This document shows, piece by piece, positions 1 to 11,789 of a stretch of 64,000 nt of DNA; the stretch's first letter is position 1; the number at the start of each line of letters is the position of its first letter. The stretch lies in assembly GCF_000143415.4 (NCBI RefSeq), contig NW_003314277.1:911818-975817 (forward strand), given 5' to 3'. The notes beneath the pieces were generated by a model. That model saw only the letters and a list, made by a program, of their open reading frames with translations. It was not told the DNA's origin and searched no databases. The DNA is from Selaginella moellendorffii. Taxonomy: Eukaryota; Plantae; Lycopodiophyta. The translations under genes and the position numbers were made by a program.

Positions 1-420
1 TCTGGAAGGCCTTATTCACCTCATCTCTCGTACAAGCTGTAGTAGAGAGCATTGGCTTTTTTTAAGAAAAAGTTCCTTTCTATGTTTCCCTTGGACTGGA
101 CCGACCTTTAGATCCTAGAGAAATGCAGGGATTTAATGCAAAAGAAAAAAAGGAATGAAAGAAGAGCTAGACACTAAATTCTCGCCATGGAAGAAAAAGG
201 ACGAGGAATTTCGAGCTTACCAGTCACTTTGTACTGCGTCTTGCCATTGGAAGGATTGAGAACCGCGAGCGACTTCCCCGACGACGAAGTCTTCCATTCC
301 CCGTCGGCGTAGTAGCAGAAGACGTCGCCGTCGAGCACGGATTTGAAGGGGCCCTGTCCCGCGAGCCCCAATCCGAGGCCGCCATCGCAGCCGCAGCTGC
401 TGAGGACGCCGCGAATGCAC
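1..420 (-). CDS. GAPN: NADP-dependent non-phosphorylating glyceraldehyde-3-phosphate dehydrogenase (ALDH11), 5' part; runs off the window start
   Basis: Exon ending at 221 encodes AGQGPFKSVLDGDVFCYYADGEWKTSSSGKSLAVLNPSNGKTQYKVT. A GT..AG intron (220-37) follows, then ACTRDEVNKAFQ. This matches the plant ALDH11A N-terminus. Start codon is unclear (no in-frame ATG). Confidence 0.88.
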
Positions 421-574
421 TCCAGCGTGCCCGATGGATCGGATCCAACCCTAGGGAGGAAGATCGACCCTGCGCATTCCAAGAACCCTAAAAAACGATC
501 CCCCGCATTTTTAGGGCTGAAGGGACGTGTCCTTTCAGCTGACTTTGCCGTTGGGAATTAGGGCAAACACGCAG

Positions 575-615
575 TGGAGATGACGTGGCAGGGCAGCCTC
601 CGTCCACGTGTCATA
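575..615. promoter_or_regulatory. G-box/ABRE-like ACGT elements in the GAPN-RPB9 divergent promoter
   Basis: TGACGTGGCA (581-590) and CCACGTGTC (~604-612) lie between two head-to-head genes. Confidence 0.4.
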
Positions 616-684
616 AATCGCGCGAGCTTGGAAGAGCCCTAGGTCATTCTCTAGAGGAAGAAGCGAGCTACAGGAGCGCCAACA

Positions 685-1463
685 ATGAGTACCATGAAGT
701 TCTGCCGCGAGTGGTACGCTTTCTTTTCCAGTTTCTGGCATTTAGATCATCGGGATGGATTCTCTCTACATCTATTTTTCATGAGCTTGTGAGCATCTAA
801 GTTTCATTAGATTGGAGCAGTAAGCTAGATTTCGTGTGCGTAATCTGGGTGTGGCTTGCTCATTTCTCCCTCGGTGTGAATTGCTCCATTTCTTCGTCAC
901 GATTTCTTTTCTTTGCAGCAATAATATTTTGTACCCAAAAGAGGATCGTGACCAGAAGCTGCTCCTGTACGCTTGTCGCAACTGCGATCACCAGGTAGGA
1001 CCCTCTTCTCTCTCTCTCTCTCTCTCTCTTTTTCCTTCCAATCCTTCCTTTGGTTTGAAAAATCTTTGAAACTTTGTTCTCCCAAATTCTGGGATTCCAC
1101 TTTGTAGGAGGCTGCCGACAACAATTGCGTGTATCGGAACGAAGTTCATCACACAGCCGATGAGAGAACGCAGGTTCTCCAAGATGTTGCGTCGGATCCC
1201 ACGCTTCCCCGCACAAAGGATGTGCGATGCTCGCGATGCAAGCATGGAGAAGCAGTCTTCTTCCAGGTACAAAAAAAAAAAAAAAGAAAAACAGAGAGAG
1301 AGATCAATCAACACTAGAAAAAAGTTTCCAGATCCTCTCCTCTATTTTTCTTACATTGTTGTTACACTGTTGTCTCTATCAGGCAACAGCGAGGGGTGAG
1401 GAAGGGATGACGCTATTTTTCGTATGCTGTAATCCCAATTGCGGCTATCGCTGGAGGGATTGA
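685..1463 (+). CDS. NRPB9: RNA polymerase II/IV/V subunit 9
   Basis: Exons 685-713, 919-994, 1108-1266, 1383-1463 give [81 protein letters not shown]. Two zinc ribbons; all introns GT-AG. Confidence 0.97.
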
Positions 1464-1494
1464 TCAAAAGAACATATCGGGTAAGATCAAGTTG

Positions 1495-1575
1495 GCATTT
1501 CGTGAGAGATCTTATTAGCTAGTGACTTTTTAGTGCATTTCGTGAGAGATCTCATTAGCCAGTGACTTTTTAGTG
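1495..1575. repeat. 40-bp tandem duplication in the RPB9 3' region
   Basis: GCATTTCGTGAGAGATCTyATTAGCyAGTGACTTTTTAGT occurs twice. Confidence 0.85.
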
Positions 1576-2763
1576 CTCGCGAAGTGTTTCCTCCACTTCG
1601 GAACGCGTGCGTTTTTCGCTACAGTTCTTATCTTACACTTGAAAGTTATAGATTTTTCGTGTCAATCTCAGATGGTTATATTTTTTTTGTGTGTGTCATT
1701 CCTCTCCTTTTCAGACGCGACACATATCACAAAACTTTTGCGGACGCGATTTGCTTGTGGGGTTAGTCACAATCTGGAATCGCTCGCTTTCGTCGCGGTT
1801 TGCTGGATGCCCGTGTGCTGTCCTCGTCTCTTCGAGCAGCAGCATTTGGATCTAGCTCGAGAGGCGAGCGAACTTGGAGATGGGTCCATGCGCTTGTCAT
1901 CGATTTCTATACTTTTTTCTTCTCCAAGACCTTGGTCTCTTATGAATATCACTCATTTCCCTATGGTGGTTCCTTGTACACTTCACTGCTTGCTCTCCAC
2001 AACGCGAGAATTTGGCAGCGCGTCCTCGTCTCGAGAAAAAACATTCGGTGCCATGTCGCTCGCAAAGGCGACTGCTTACGGCTTCGCCACTTGGAATATT
2101 CAAGTACCATCAATCATACTTCCATTCCATCCCATAAATAACAATTTTAAAACAAAAAAATGAAATCAAAAGTAGAAATCAAAACATAAAAAAAAAAGAA
2201 GAAGCTTCCTATCCATGAGTTGGAGCCAATTCTCTATGGTACATCCCATAAGTTAGAAAAAATGGAAAGTAAAATTTAGAGAAAAAAAGAGTAGAAATCA
2301 AAAAGATTCCAACCCGTGGTTGACTAGATCATAGAGCTTGATACAGGCTCTTTATAAAGAAAAAGAGAAATTAAGATCGTCTAGAACCTTTATGTTGAAT
2401 CAAAATGGGAGTTGTAACAAGATTGGTAGAAATTGTTGGGTCCCATTGACCACCTCACTCGACGCAGACGCACACCACCATCCCTTTGTGTGTTTGCGTG
2501 GCCTACTAGCGCTACCAAAAGAGAGAGAGAGAGAGAGGAAAGCTATGGATCCCCCCTCGATAGAGAAAGATTGAAAGAAAGGAAGGAGGAGAAAAAAAAA
2601 AGAGAGAAAGACCCTCCTCATCCGCCCTTTACTTAAACCACGCTCTTTCTTCCTCCATTCCGCCCAGACGGCCAATTCCCCATAAAGATACTTCACGGGC
2701 GATCAGTCCCTCCATCCATCCATCGCTCGTGCTGGTCGATCGAGCGAGCAAAGGGAATTCTCC

Positions 2764-4326
2764 ATGGCGTCGGCCAAATTCTTTGCGCTGGCGCTCCTCA
2801 GCTACGCATTCCTGCTGCTCATCGTCGCCACGCTGCTGCTCGCGGCGGTGCCGAGGATTCACGTCCACAATTTCACGCCCCAGCGCCAGCGATCGTCGGG
2901 GATAGCGAGCGGCCACCAAGAACACATGCGCCGGAAGCTCCTCGCCCACCAAGAACACTCTGTAGAGCAGGGGTCGATGAGCAGCACGATTTCCTCCAAA
3001 TCCTCGGCGGTTCCTTCCCAATCCTCGACAATTCCTGGATTCCGCGCTAGCCTGGTGCGCCGATCGTCGACCCACGCCGCCAATTCCACCCGCGCCGAGC
3101 GATTGCGCGACGCCGTCCACCGCAGCAAGGCCAGAGCCAAGGCCCTGGCCGAGAGGATGAGCGAGAAGATCACGCCCACCAAGCTTGATTACCAGTCACC
3201 AGTGGCGTCGATCAGCGGCGCCTACACCATGGAGATCGAGCTGGGCAGCCCACCCAAGAAATTCAACGCGATCGTCGACACTGGCAGCGATCTCGTGTGG
3301 ATCCAGTGCAAGCCATGCTCGCAGTGCTACAGTCAGAGCGATCCCATCTACGATCCATCCGCCAGTTCCACCTTCGCCAAGACGTCGTGCTCCACATCGA
3401 GCTGCCAGAGCCTCCCAGCGTCGGGCTGTAGCTCCTCCTCCAAGACGTGCATCTATGGCTACCAATACGGCGATTCTTCGAGCACGCAGGGCGATTTCGC
3501 GCTGGAGACGCTGACGCTGCGATCCAGCGATGGCAGCTCCAAGGCATTCCCCAATTTCCAATTCGGATGTGGGCGATTGAATTCCGGCTCCTTCGGCGGC
3601 GCCGCTGGGATCGTGGGGCTCGGCCAGGGCAAAATCTCGCTCGCCACGCAGCTGGGCTCGGCGATCAACAACAAATTCTCCTACTGCCTCGTCGATTTCG
3701 ACGACGATTCATCCAAAACGAGCCCCCTGATCTTCGGCTCTTCGGCATCCACGGGCTCTGGCGCGATCTCCACTCCAATCATCCCCAATTCCGGGCGATC
3801 GACGTACTACTTCGTGGGGCTGGAAGGCATCAGCGTCGGCGGCAAGCAGCTCTCCCTGGCGACGCGCGCGATCGACTTCCTGTCCGTGAGGAACAAGAAG
3901 AAGCTGCGCGTCCGTGCCCTAGAGGTAAACTCCGGCGGTACCATCTTTGACAGCGGTACGACGCTGACGCTACTGGACGACGCGGTCTACGCCAAGGTCA
4001 AATCGGCGTTTGCCAGCTCAGTGTCGCTCCCCACCGTCGATGCCTCCAGCTCGGGCTTTGACCTCTGCTATGACGTGTCCAAGAGCAAAAACTTCAAATT
4101 TCCCGCGCTCACGCTGGCGTTCAAGGGCACCAAGTTTTCACCCCCCCAGAAGAATTACTTCGTGATAGTCGACACGGCGGAGACGGTGGCGTGCCTGGCA
4201 ATGGGCGGCTCGGGCAGCCTCGGGCTGGGAATCATAGGGAATCTCATGCAGCAAAACTACCACGTGGTGTACGACCGCGGTACGAGCACCATCTCCATGT
4301 CCCCCGCGCAGTGCGACTCGTTATAG
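2764..4326 (+). CDS. Secreted A1-family aspartic protease (nepenthesin/CDR1-like), intronless
   Basis: 520-aa ORF with a signal peptide, DTGSDLVWIQC and DSGTT catalytic motifs, a Cys-rich NAP-type insert and IIGNLMQQNYHVVYD. Confidence 0.96.
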   Translation: MASAKFFALALLSYAFLLLIVATLLLAAVPRIHVHNFTPQRQRSSGIASGHQEHMRRKLLAHQEHSVEQGSMSSTISSKSSAVPSQSSTIPGFRASLVRRSSTHAANSTRAERLRDAVHRSKARAKALAERMSEKITPTKLDYQSPVASISGAYTMEIELGSPPKKFNAIVDTGSDLVWIQCKPCSQCYSQSDPIYDPSASSTFAKTSCSTSSCQSLPASGCSSSSKTCIYGYQYGDSSSTQGDFALETLTLRSSDGSSKAFPNFQFGCGRLNSGSFGGAAGIVGLGQGKISLATQLGSAINNKFSYCLVDFDDDSSKTSPLIFGSSASTGSGAISTPIIPNSGRSTYYFVGLEGISVGGKQLSLATRAIDFLSVRNKKKLRVRALEVNSGGTIFDSGTTLTLLDDAVYAKVKSAFASSVSLPTVDASSSGFDLCYDVSKSKNFKFPALTLAFKGTKFSPPQKNYFVIVDTAETVACLAMGGSGSLGLGIIGNLMQQNYHVVYDRGTSTISMSPAQCDSL

Positions 4327-4718
4327 CAGCTCCCGCACGAGGCCGCGTACGTGGTACCGCGCGGTGGTGGCGGTATCGGCCCAATATATTCTGGCGGTGC
4401 CGTACAGTGCCGTCGTGCATTGTTCCAAGCGCTTCTCGTGGTATATGTAACTTTCATAGCCTTAACCTTACAAGTGTGATTGAGTTCTCACATTTGCTCT
4501 CGAGTCATATAGAGTGATATTACTACAGGAAAGTTGGTTCCAACTTTAATTCATACTTTGATGAAGAGCTTCTTCCACCATATAGAGGGGATACTACAGG
4601 AAAGTTGGGAACTACCGAAGTTTCCAACTCGATTCATACTTTCGGATCCTCGATGAAAGTGCTCCTTACACCACTTGAATTGATGAGACCTTCGAGCAAA
4701 GGATCTCTTGTGGAAGTC

Positions 4719-7156
4719 TCAGAGTTTCAGCTTGATTCGCTCCGACCACTTTGGAAGATTCGAGACGACCCTGTCGCCACCGAGGTCCCGGCCCGACGCG
4801 CCAGCGGCAACCCGGAGAACATCCTCGATCAGCGCAAAGTTTCCCATGATGTCGACATGGCTGCCGCTCTGCGTGCCGCGGCCTTCGAGCAAATTCGCCG
4901 GAGGAGCGTGCTGGAATTCCCGGGTGAAGCTGGAGATGTTGCTTGGGTTGAAGCGAGTCTTGCCTTGCCACGGCTTGGCACACATGAAGCCTGCGCTGAG
5001 GACTGGCACCGTCTCGTCGCCGTCGACGAAGTGGACTCCGCCTTTGAGACATCCTTCCGAATCCTTCTCGGCCGATGCGTCGATTCTAAACGGGATGTAG
5101 CAAGTGTCGTTGTCTGACGATAGCTTGTAGACGTAGCTTCTCTCGGTCAGGATACCGACACCGTACAGGCAAAAGATTTCCATGTCCGGGGCGTTTGGCA
5201 GTCTGGAAACAAGAAAAACAAACTTAGGAGAGACAACGAGGATGAAATAAGCACTTACGTCGACTCGAGAGGATTTGACCAGTACTTGTAATGCTGGTAC
5301 TTCGGATCCGAAAGGTCGTCAGCAATCTCGTAAGCCCAGTTTGCATCAGCTCGCTTCATCATTTGCGGTGCCACGAACCTCAAAACATCAAGCATCCCCG
5401 AAGATGTGTACACTTTGCCATCGGCCACGGCTTGAACGCTCTCCCAGCTCATCTCGTGATACTCCGTCCACACGTCTCCGCAAGAGACATTCTCTCGCAC
5501 GGGCGTTTGTTTATCTATATTCTGTTGAAAGGAAGCATTAGCATGCAATGAGAAAGGTGTAAAACAACAGCGTACCTTAAAGTCAATCTTTCTATCGAGA
5601 GCAGAAGAAGCTTTCTGCACTGAATCTTTTCCGAAAGATACCATCCTCCCGTAGTGTGCCATTGGTTTTCCATGCGGTCCCAGCTCTTTCCCATCCGTTA
5701 TGTTCTTCGTTTGGCATTCGGTAACTTCCTCGACCTTCGGCTTCTTGCCTGAACAATCGTATCCTTCTTCTGGCGATGAATCCAAATCTCCCCAGATTAC
5801 CTCCCCTCCTCTTGGGAGCATCGACATCGTAGCATCCCACGTACGAGTAACTGACATGATATGCTGCAGCGTCTGTAGTCCAAACAATTCGGAGTCAAGA
5901 ACACCTGGTGCGACAGCTCTGGATACAAAATACAAGACGATAAAACGTGGAAAAAGAAAATCAAAGAATACCTTGCAACAGCTATATCTTTCGCTTCAGC
6001 GGAGAACAGACCAGCGAATGCTTTAGGAACGCCCAGAAAAGGGCCACCGATGTTCATCACGCTTTTGATGTGCTTTGCAACCCAGCCTTCGCCGGCACCG
6101 GCACCACCTGCAGAAATCGGCGCTTCCACCCACTTCATAAAGTGTAGAAAATACAACGCCCCCATAGAGTGCGGTATGACAACCACCTTTTCGTTGTTGT
6201 TCGTGCTTACGAGAAGCTCAATGGTGCTTTTCAGCCGGCTCAAGCTTTTATCACGACTCTGCCAACAAGAAAAGAAAAAAGCAACCCGTTAAATATCAGC
6301 AGAGAAAAAGAGAAAGCACAGTCGCCACACTCACCTCTGTATTCTGAAAGGACAGCCTCCAGTCGTAGGAAGCCATATGCATTGACTTCTCTTCGTATCC
6401 CAGCCGAGCCAGATTGTCTATAAGAACAGCCCACACAAAATATCCCGGTGCAAAGTAATCAGCGGCCACAAGGCCGGACACAGCTCTCACTCGAATGCCG
6501 GCCGGATCTAAGCCAGTCTCATTGTCTAGTCTCATGTGCTCTAGCCAGCACAAAGGCCTGCCAAAACAAAACAAAGCAAGAACTTCATCAAACATTCACG
6601 AGAGAGACAAACAAGAACCAACCAAAAAAAAGAAAAACTCGAACCTTTTGTAGACTTCTCCAAACGTTCCACCCCAGAGTCGCTTTCTAAACAATCCTTC
6701 CGCGCAAGGACGTCCAGCCCAGAGCTCCAAGCCACCCGTGACAATCCCAGGAACAAAAACAACGGGGTGCTTGACACGGAGCCCCTCTCTGGCCAGCCTT
6801 GTCCCGGGAAGCTCCGGCAATGGCCCTGTGATAGCCTCGGTCACGTACTGTGGCAGCGAAGGGACCGCATTGTAGAGCACCAGAAAGAGCCACCACATGA
6901 CACACATATAGCCGATGAGCCAGCAGCATGTATCCAGGCAGCGCCACTTTGGCTTCTCGCGAGCTCGAACGGGGATTCCAGGCACCATGCTAGATTTCCC
7001 CTTCTCGTCCTTGCCAATCTTGATAGAATCCTTTCCCCCCTGCTGCTGCTGCTTGGAATTCTCGCCATTGCTGCCGCTATTACCATCCTCCTGCTGCTGC
7101 TGCCGATCCTTGCTTCCTCCATCCTCGTCATTGCCTTGCTTCCGCCGGCGCAGCAT
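4719..7156 (-). CDS. PDAT: Phospholipid:diacylglycerol acyltransferase (LCAT family), multi-exon
   Basis: ATG at 7156 (MLRRRK). Contains a TM segment, HPVVFVPGIVTGGLELW, ADYFAPGYFVWAVLI..YDWRLS, PHSMG nucleophile motif, YWSNPLES, VDGDETVPVLSAG, SHVDIMGN and ends WSERIKLKL-stop. Confidence 0.96.
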
Positions 7157-7449
7157 TCTCGGGAGGTCGATCGATCGCTCTAGTTGCAAAATCTGCCCTG
7201 ATTCATCGATAACCCCTTCAAGAACCCCGGCGATGGACGATTTGGCCGCTGGCGGCCACAATCTCACCTCGAGCGATCCGCGGAGTGGATGCGCGCCCTA
7301 GAAATCCATCAAAGATGCCACCGCCTTCCGGCTGCTAGCGCTAAAACTTTGTGTGGTACCTAATGGCCTCGCGTCCATGCACGCAAACACACTAAGTGAT
7401 ATTACTTTTCACCCTAAAGAGAGATACGCCCTTCAACGTGGGAGAATAG

Positions 7450-7598
7450 AAAACAAAGAAGGTTCTACATCCTTCTTCGAGAGACTGTATGGCGATCTTA
7501 TCGATTTTTCGACCGAGATCTTCGATTTTCCTTGTTCTTTTCTGGTGTTCTTCACGATGTAAATGCCGCAGAGTGATTTGCAACCACAGGGTCCTGTG
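7450..7598 (-). pseudogene. Degenerate copy of the last exon and 3' UTR of the twin-CX9C gene (20430-20610)
   Basis: Shares AAAGAAGGTT..ATCCTTCTTC..GATCTTATC..CGACCGAGATCTTCGATTT..TAAATGCCGCAG..CACAGG.TCCTGT with 20437-20609. Confidence 0.7.
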
Positions 7599-8187
7599 AC
7601 AAAAATGGTAAAAATATCTGAAGTTTTCCCAACGATCAAGCCATGTTTAAACACAATGATTTAATAATGCCCGCTTCACATGGTATAATAGTATTGCCCC
7701 AGCCCAGGCTTGTAGGGTACACTAAAAATTGGGATGTTGCTCCTCCATTCATGACTCATTTCAAGTTGATTAGTCTGTTTCTGTTAACAAGTCTGCTGAG
7801 CAACAAGATGCTGATTTGTGATGAAGTCTCTCGTTTTTCAATCCCAAATGTCTGGGACATTTGATTATCATAACTGTATGAACAAAGGTGAGTACATGCT
7901 CAATAGTGGAAGTTCCAGTGTTCCGCTATTGAGCATGTACTATCACATTCAACACAGAATTTGTTTTTTCATTCACTTTGCAGTAATTTATTCCATCTCA
8001 ACACATTTGTTCTTATCGAGAACAGACTTAGTCTACTCTGAACGCACCGGCAGCCTTTCAGTCTGAATGTTTATCTTGTCCTCTGGCTTACAGTCCCTTG
8101 CTATAAATTGGTGAGTGTTGTTCCTCAATTCGCCAATCCTCATCTGCTCGTTCCAAGTTCATTAGTCTGTTTCTCTTCAACAACAAG

Positions 8188-8427
8188 ATGAAGCCTGTTG
8201 TGCTGGTTTGTCTCCTCATAATGGCTCTTGTTTTTCAGGGCTGCCACTACAACGCTCTCGCTGAATCTTGTGATGATGACGACAAAGTCTGCACTGGCAA
8301 GATATATGGGAAACTTAGTGGTCATAACTGTCAGAGGAAAGGTGGGAAGCAGTATGGATACCAGGGCAATTGTCTGCGTATCAAGCAGGCGATCGGACTT
8401 GAGGGAGGATGCTGCTACTTGAGCTGA
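8188..8427 (+). CDS. Small secreted cysteine-rich peptide (defensin-like/CRP)
   Basis: 79 aa: hydrophobic signal peptide, then a mature region with C-x6-C-x12-C-x13-C-x12-CC. TATA box (CTATAAAT) at ~8102. Confidence 0.75.
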   Translation: MKPVVLVCLLIMALVFQGCHYNALAESCDDDDKVCTGKIYGKLSGHNCQRKGGKQYGYQGNCLRIKQAIGLEGGCCYLS

Positions 8428-8511
8428 ATGATTCAGAATGACTTGAAAATGAATAACCATAAATAAAAGTTTGTTGGTTTTTGTCTTGAACACTTTCAAT
8501 AACTGCCCTGC

Positions 8512-8727
8512 TCGCTGCGGCAATCTGGAGCGCATCACGGACCATCACTTGTGCTCTGGCACGTCTTCAGCTTTGTGGAACTTCCAGAGTTGTTCACAAT
8601 GCGGGCTGTCTGCAAGTCCTGGTATGATGCTGTGCACTCTCCTCGTTTCGCTCAGCTGTACAAGGCTACAAGCCACCGCTCGAACCCTGGGCCCTGCTCA
8701 GGCTGCGGACAGATCCGCCTATTGACC
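8512..8727 (+). pseudogene. Truncated duplicate of exon 1 of the adjacent F-box gene
   Basis: Near-copy of 9066-9271 (RCGNLERIT..LPELFTMRAVCKSWYDA) with indels. Confidence 0.85.
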
Positions 8728-8761
8728 AGTTTCGTTTGCTTCTTACAAAAGTCGTGTAGAA

Positions 8762-8813
8762 GCTAAGAGCTATCATGAGGAAACAGACCAGAACAACCTT
8801 CGCCTTCATCTTG
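8762..8813 (-). pseudogene. Inverted remnant of the CRP signal-peptide sequence
   Basis: MKAKVVLVCFLMIAL versus MKPVVLVCLLIMAL of the 8188 gene; no Cys-rich mature part follows. Confidence 0.65.
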
Positions 8814-9030
8814 TCGCTACAGAGCCGATCCAGAGCACTAAGAGAAACAGTAGCCTCCGATCCCAACTCACTGTCGCGGTGCCTTGCCCTTCCAACAAGC
8901 AAGCTCCACAGCCTTTCTACTGACGGCCATCTCATACATTACCTCTTGTCTGCGCCCGTATCTGCATTATCTAGATTGGTAAGCTTGTAGCTGCACTACG
9001 TTTAAAGTCAAAAACCCTAATAGCGAGTAA

Positions 9031-10353
9031 ATGGGGAGATGGGGCGCCTTTGAACAGGATGGGGGTCGCTGCGGCAATCTGGAGCGCATCACGGAGCCAT
9101 CGCTTGTGCTCCACATCTTCAGCTTTCTGGCTCTTCCAGAGTTGTTCACATTGCGGGCTGTCTGCAAGTCCTGGTATGATGCTGTGCTCGCTCCTCGTTT
9201 CGTGCAGCTGTACAAGCCATCGCTCAAACCCTGGGCTGTGCTCAGAGTGCGGACGGATCCGCCTGTTGACCGGTATGCTTGCTGCTTTCATCATGATCGT
9301 TGAAGTAAGTGGCTCTGTAGGGAGCTTCGCTATGACGAGGAGCATTTTGATTATGGCATGAAGCTGGAGAATCACACTGAGCTATGGCGTCCACACCTGA
9401 GCTTGAACCAACGTAAGAGATGCAGTCTTCCATTGGGCCCATCAGGTTCGCGTTTCGTGGGCTTGTGTTCTTCCAATGGACTTGTCTGTGGCATGCTCAT
9501 GGAACATAGAGACTCGGTGACTTCAGCTGTGGGAAACCCGATCACCAACATGTGGAAGGCACTACCGCCTGCTCCAATTGCCTCTCCGGATCGTCCACGC
9601 CCAGCCTACCTCAACATCTCCATGGAAGCAGAAATAAACGCAGACAGTAGCTCTTACCAGGTCGTGATACTGTACCAGAAGTACCAGACTCCTGTTGAAG
9701 GCCCGACAGAAGATGATGATGACGACCAAATTTGCTCACTGCAGTACGAATCAGAGTCATGTTCTTGGCATGAAGGCCTGCTCTTCAGCACTTCAAACTC
9801 ATTGGGATCACCTCTCCGAGGGTGTGCTTTCTTCTACACTGGGGAGAACATATTCCCAGCTTACGATCCGCATTCCAGAGCTTGGTCTCATGTAGCTATC
9901 TCGCCACCAGCACGTAACGAACAAGAACAAGAACAGGAAGACGATAGCTGGGCAAACTGGTCTTTTGGATACATAGGTGCCTTCATGTACAAGGGGAAAT
10001 GCTACTGGGCATCGTTCATGTTCAATGCAGAGACATTTGAAGACATTGGAGTGGCGATCTGGGAGATGAAACAGGAAAACTCAATGTGGGTCTTGGTGTC
10101 GCGGATTCTGTCCACGGACCTGTTTGGAACCAATTGTTGTTTGTCAGTGGGGGACAAGGATATGACCGTGAGGCTGGTCGAGGACACCGCTTTCATCTTG
10201 GTTTTCTATAGGAAGGAAAGCCATGGGGTGTGGCCTCCTGTTGCGTACGACTTTGCTCTGTCCAAGTGGTATACTTGCTGCATGGAGAACATGGAGAACG
10301 AGGATATTGAGTGCAATTATGTGGTGATACCCAGCCTAACTGCCAAGCCTTAA
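9031..10353 (+). CDS. F-box protein with F-box-associated/kelch-like beta-propeller region
   Basis: Exon 9031-9272 carries the F-box (LHIFSFLALPELFTLRAVCKSWY). A 48-nt GT-AG intron (9273-9320) restores frame into 9321-10353 (SSNGLVC..VGNPITNMWKALPPAP). Confidence 0.88.
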
Positions 10354-10912
10354 CAGGATCTCCATATGTAGGAAACGAGAAATTTTCAGATCATACCAGT
10401 GAATGGAATGTTTCCTGTTCTGGGTACAAATTCCTATGAGCTGCATAAGTTTTGTTCATGAATAAATTACTCAAAACTCCAAGTTTCCCAAGGAGGACCC
10501 TTACAACCACGCCTGACTGGGCTATGACCAGTGGTTTTTATCAAAATTTTGTACATAATTAAAACATTCTGAATATTATGCCTTGAATTTGCTTGAGAGC
10601 CTGAAGACGAATGTTGTCAGATTGGATTTGATTAATTTGACTTTATTCAATGATGACTACAATGACATTAGAGATGGACAACATTCCAGTTGACTCTTTT
10701 TTACATTTCCTCCTAAGGTAGGGAGTCGAAAATGTACTATTTAGCTTTTATAGCTACTTAGAGGTTCGTTTTAAAACCAAAACTTTAAACTTCCTGCCCT
10801 AAAATTCTGCAAAAGTTATCCTCCAAAGGTATTTATGAATGATTGATATGTACTGTAAAAGGGATCTGGTTCAAGTCAATGTGGAGCTTTTTGACACATC
10901 TTAAATGTTTGC

Positions 10913-11789
10913 TTACTTTCTTCGTGTCCAAAATGGTGAATTCATGTCATCTCTTAGTCTCCAACCTCGACTCAACAATCGGCTGCCACTGCGTCTTGGA
11001 AGCGCCGCCTGACTCCACGGCAGCTTCTTGTTGGGCAGCAGCAAGCAGCAGTATAGCAGCGCCTCCAAGCTATCGACCAGTTCCTCCAGCGGTACCCCCA
11101 ACAAAGCCGCGTCCGCGCAAACAGCCCAGTCCACAACCAGCCTTGGAGGCACGGCGGTGGCCAAGGCTCTTGGCCAAGCCTCATCCACGAGCTTCGCGAG
11201 AGCACTCAGCCCTTGCCACTAAAAACTCCATCCTTGAAGCTCGATGTGGACAATCTCAGAAACATTGAAAGTCCTGGACAGCTGCTTGCTCATCTCGTAA
11301 ACTTCCTCATCAGAGATGCTAGCACTCTCCGGATCCGCCAAAGAGACACCTGCGCCTCATATCTGTTGATCCCAGCTACTTCCACTGGAAAAGCGGCCTG
11401 ATGATCAAGCCACTGGCGGCACAGCACCTGGATCGTCTTCCTGTTTGGCCCGAGCTCAGAGCTCGCCCTCCCACTCCACCGAGAGCACTATGCACCACTT
11501 CTGTGTGGCTCCAACAATTTTAAGAAAACCATCTATACTAATGGTGGTCATCTGCACCTGAACGTCTTTCCAACTCTCCACCACCTTTGCTTCTATAGCG
11601 GCCTTGAGCTTGAAGTGCAAATGGTCATTGACTTCGCAGACATCGCTTTTGGCATCCTCTGCCTGTGCTTTTGCCTTCTCCAGCAAACGTGACAGCGGTT
11701 CAAAGAAGCCTTTGGGCTCAGCACACGCAGAGTGCTGGAGGCGAACAGTTTTTACATGACAACCGGGCTCATGAACTCCCTCTTGAAAG
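10913..11789 (-). pseudogene. Degenerate PD-(D/E)xK nuclease plus protein-kinase-like (Crinkler/FunK1-like) gene fragment, cut by the Copia element
   Basis: KSD..AAIEAK..Q REase-like motif (11456-11789); LVVDW and DSLEALLYCCLLLPNKKLPW resemble kinase DFG-region and subdomain IX-like motifs (10913-11188). Frameshifts and stops are present. Confidence 0.45.

Noticed and set aside
1573-2163. 196-aa ORF or possible MIR precursor downstream of RPB9
   Set aside because: Non-ATG start, no recognisable motif, and no convincing hairpin or known miRNA sequence.
2629-5117. Long antisense and alternate-frame ORFs over the protease and PDAT
   Set aside because: These are by-products of GC-rich codon usage in the real genes.
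9031-9361. Apparent frameshift/stop in the F-box gene
   Set aside because: Resolved by a canonical 48-nt intron.
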